A stretch of DNA of 64,000 nucleotides from Eledone cirrhosa. Its lineage: Eukaryota. The stretch spans positions 18,972,001 to 19,036,000 of the forward strand of contig OZ024754.1 in assembly GCA_964016885.1 (NCBI GenBank), read 5' to 3'. The first letter of the stretch is position 1. Each line of letters begins with the position of its first letter. Position numbers and translations under genes: made by a program. The notes beneath the pieces are model-generated. The model worked only from the letters and a program-made list of their open reading frames with translations. It did not search any database and was not told the origin of the DNA. Below are positions 63,701 through 64,000 of the stretch, in pieces.

Positions 63701-64000
63701 TGCCGGTAAGGACAAGTTGAGCTTCCAGTAACCGGGTCCTTGTCTATGCGTTCTGTCAAGGTTGACCATGCAGGTCACTAACTTGTGGTCTGAATAGCCA
63801 ACCATGCGCATTTTTGGACAACTTAAAAAGTCCCTATCCTTATTTCTAACTAAGAACCTATCTAGGTACGACCTAGATGATCCGTTGCGGTTTGCCCAAG
63901 TACAGGTTGGCGCAGTCAGAAAATCTAGTCGATATCTATCGGCCAGGTCAAATCGACCGATTAACCCTTTGAGGCTATTACACCCCTCTCTATCGGGACA
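60764..64000 (-). mobile_element. E10: Tx1-like element (variant A', closest to E5), frameshifted, runs off the window
   Basis: A-type 3' UTR; ORF2 stop at 61029-61031; YADD; zinc finger; shares KRGSRSTIRSLRDQDG, DDINNF and PLFKNEGEAV with E5. Confidence 0.94.

Overview
Eukaryotic, microsatellite-rich, repeat-dominated DNA with no recognisable host gene. The dispersed tRNA-like SINE resembles, from memory, the octopus SINEs. Bases ~2.8-39.7 kb are a head-to-tail array of nine same-orientation Tx1/L1-group non-LTR retrotransposons (ORF1 with a CCHC knuckle; ORF2 with APE endonuclease, RT and zinc finger) from about five subfamilies. Each is embedded in (TATC)n. Two copies are full-length, intact and almost identical. 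A tenth copy on the minus strand (60.8 kb to the window end) also ends in (TATC)n, pointing to strand-specific targeting of the GATA/TATC microsatellite. The most notable inference is that ORF2 is bracketed by a conserved 5' splice-donor consensus at the end of ORF1 (AG|GTAAGT) and a pyrimidine-rich TAG|G acceptor at the ORF2 stop codon, so ORF2 may be a removable intron. The remainder holds a related 3' tail joined to (ATT)n, an R4/Dong-type RLE fragment, three Penelope-like GIY-YIG fragments, hammerhead-like motifs, a 117-bp palindrome, SINEs, a minisatellite and long simple repeats.
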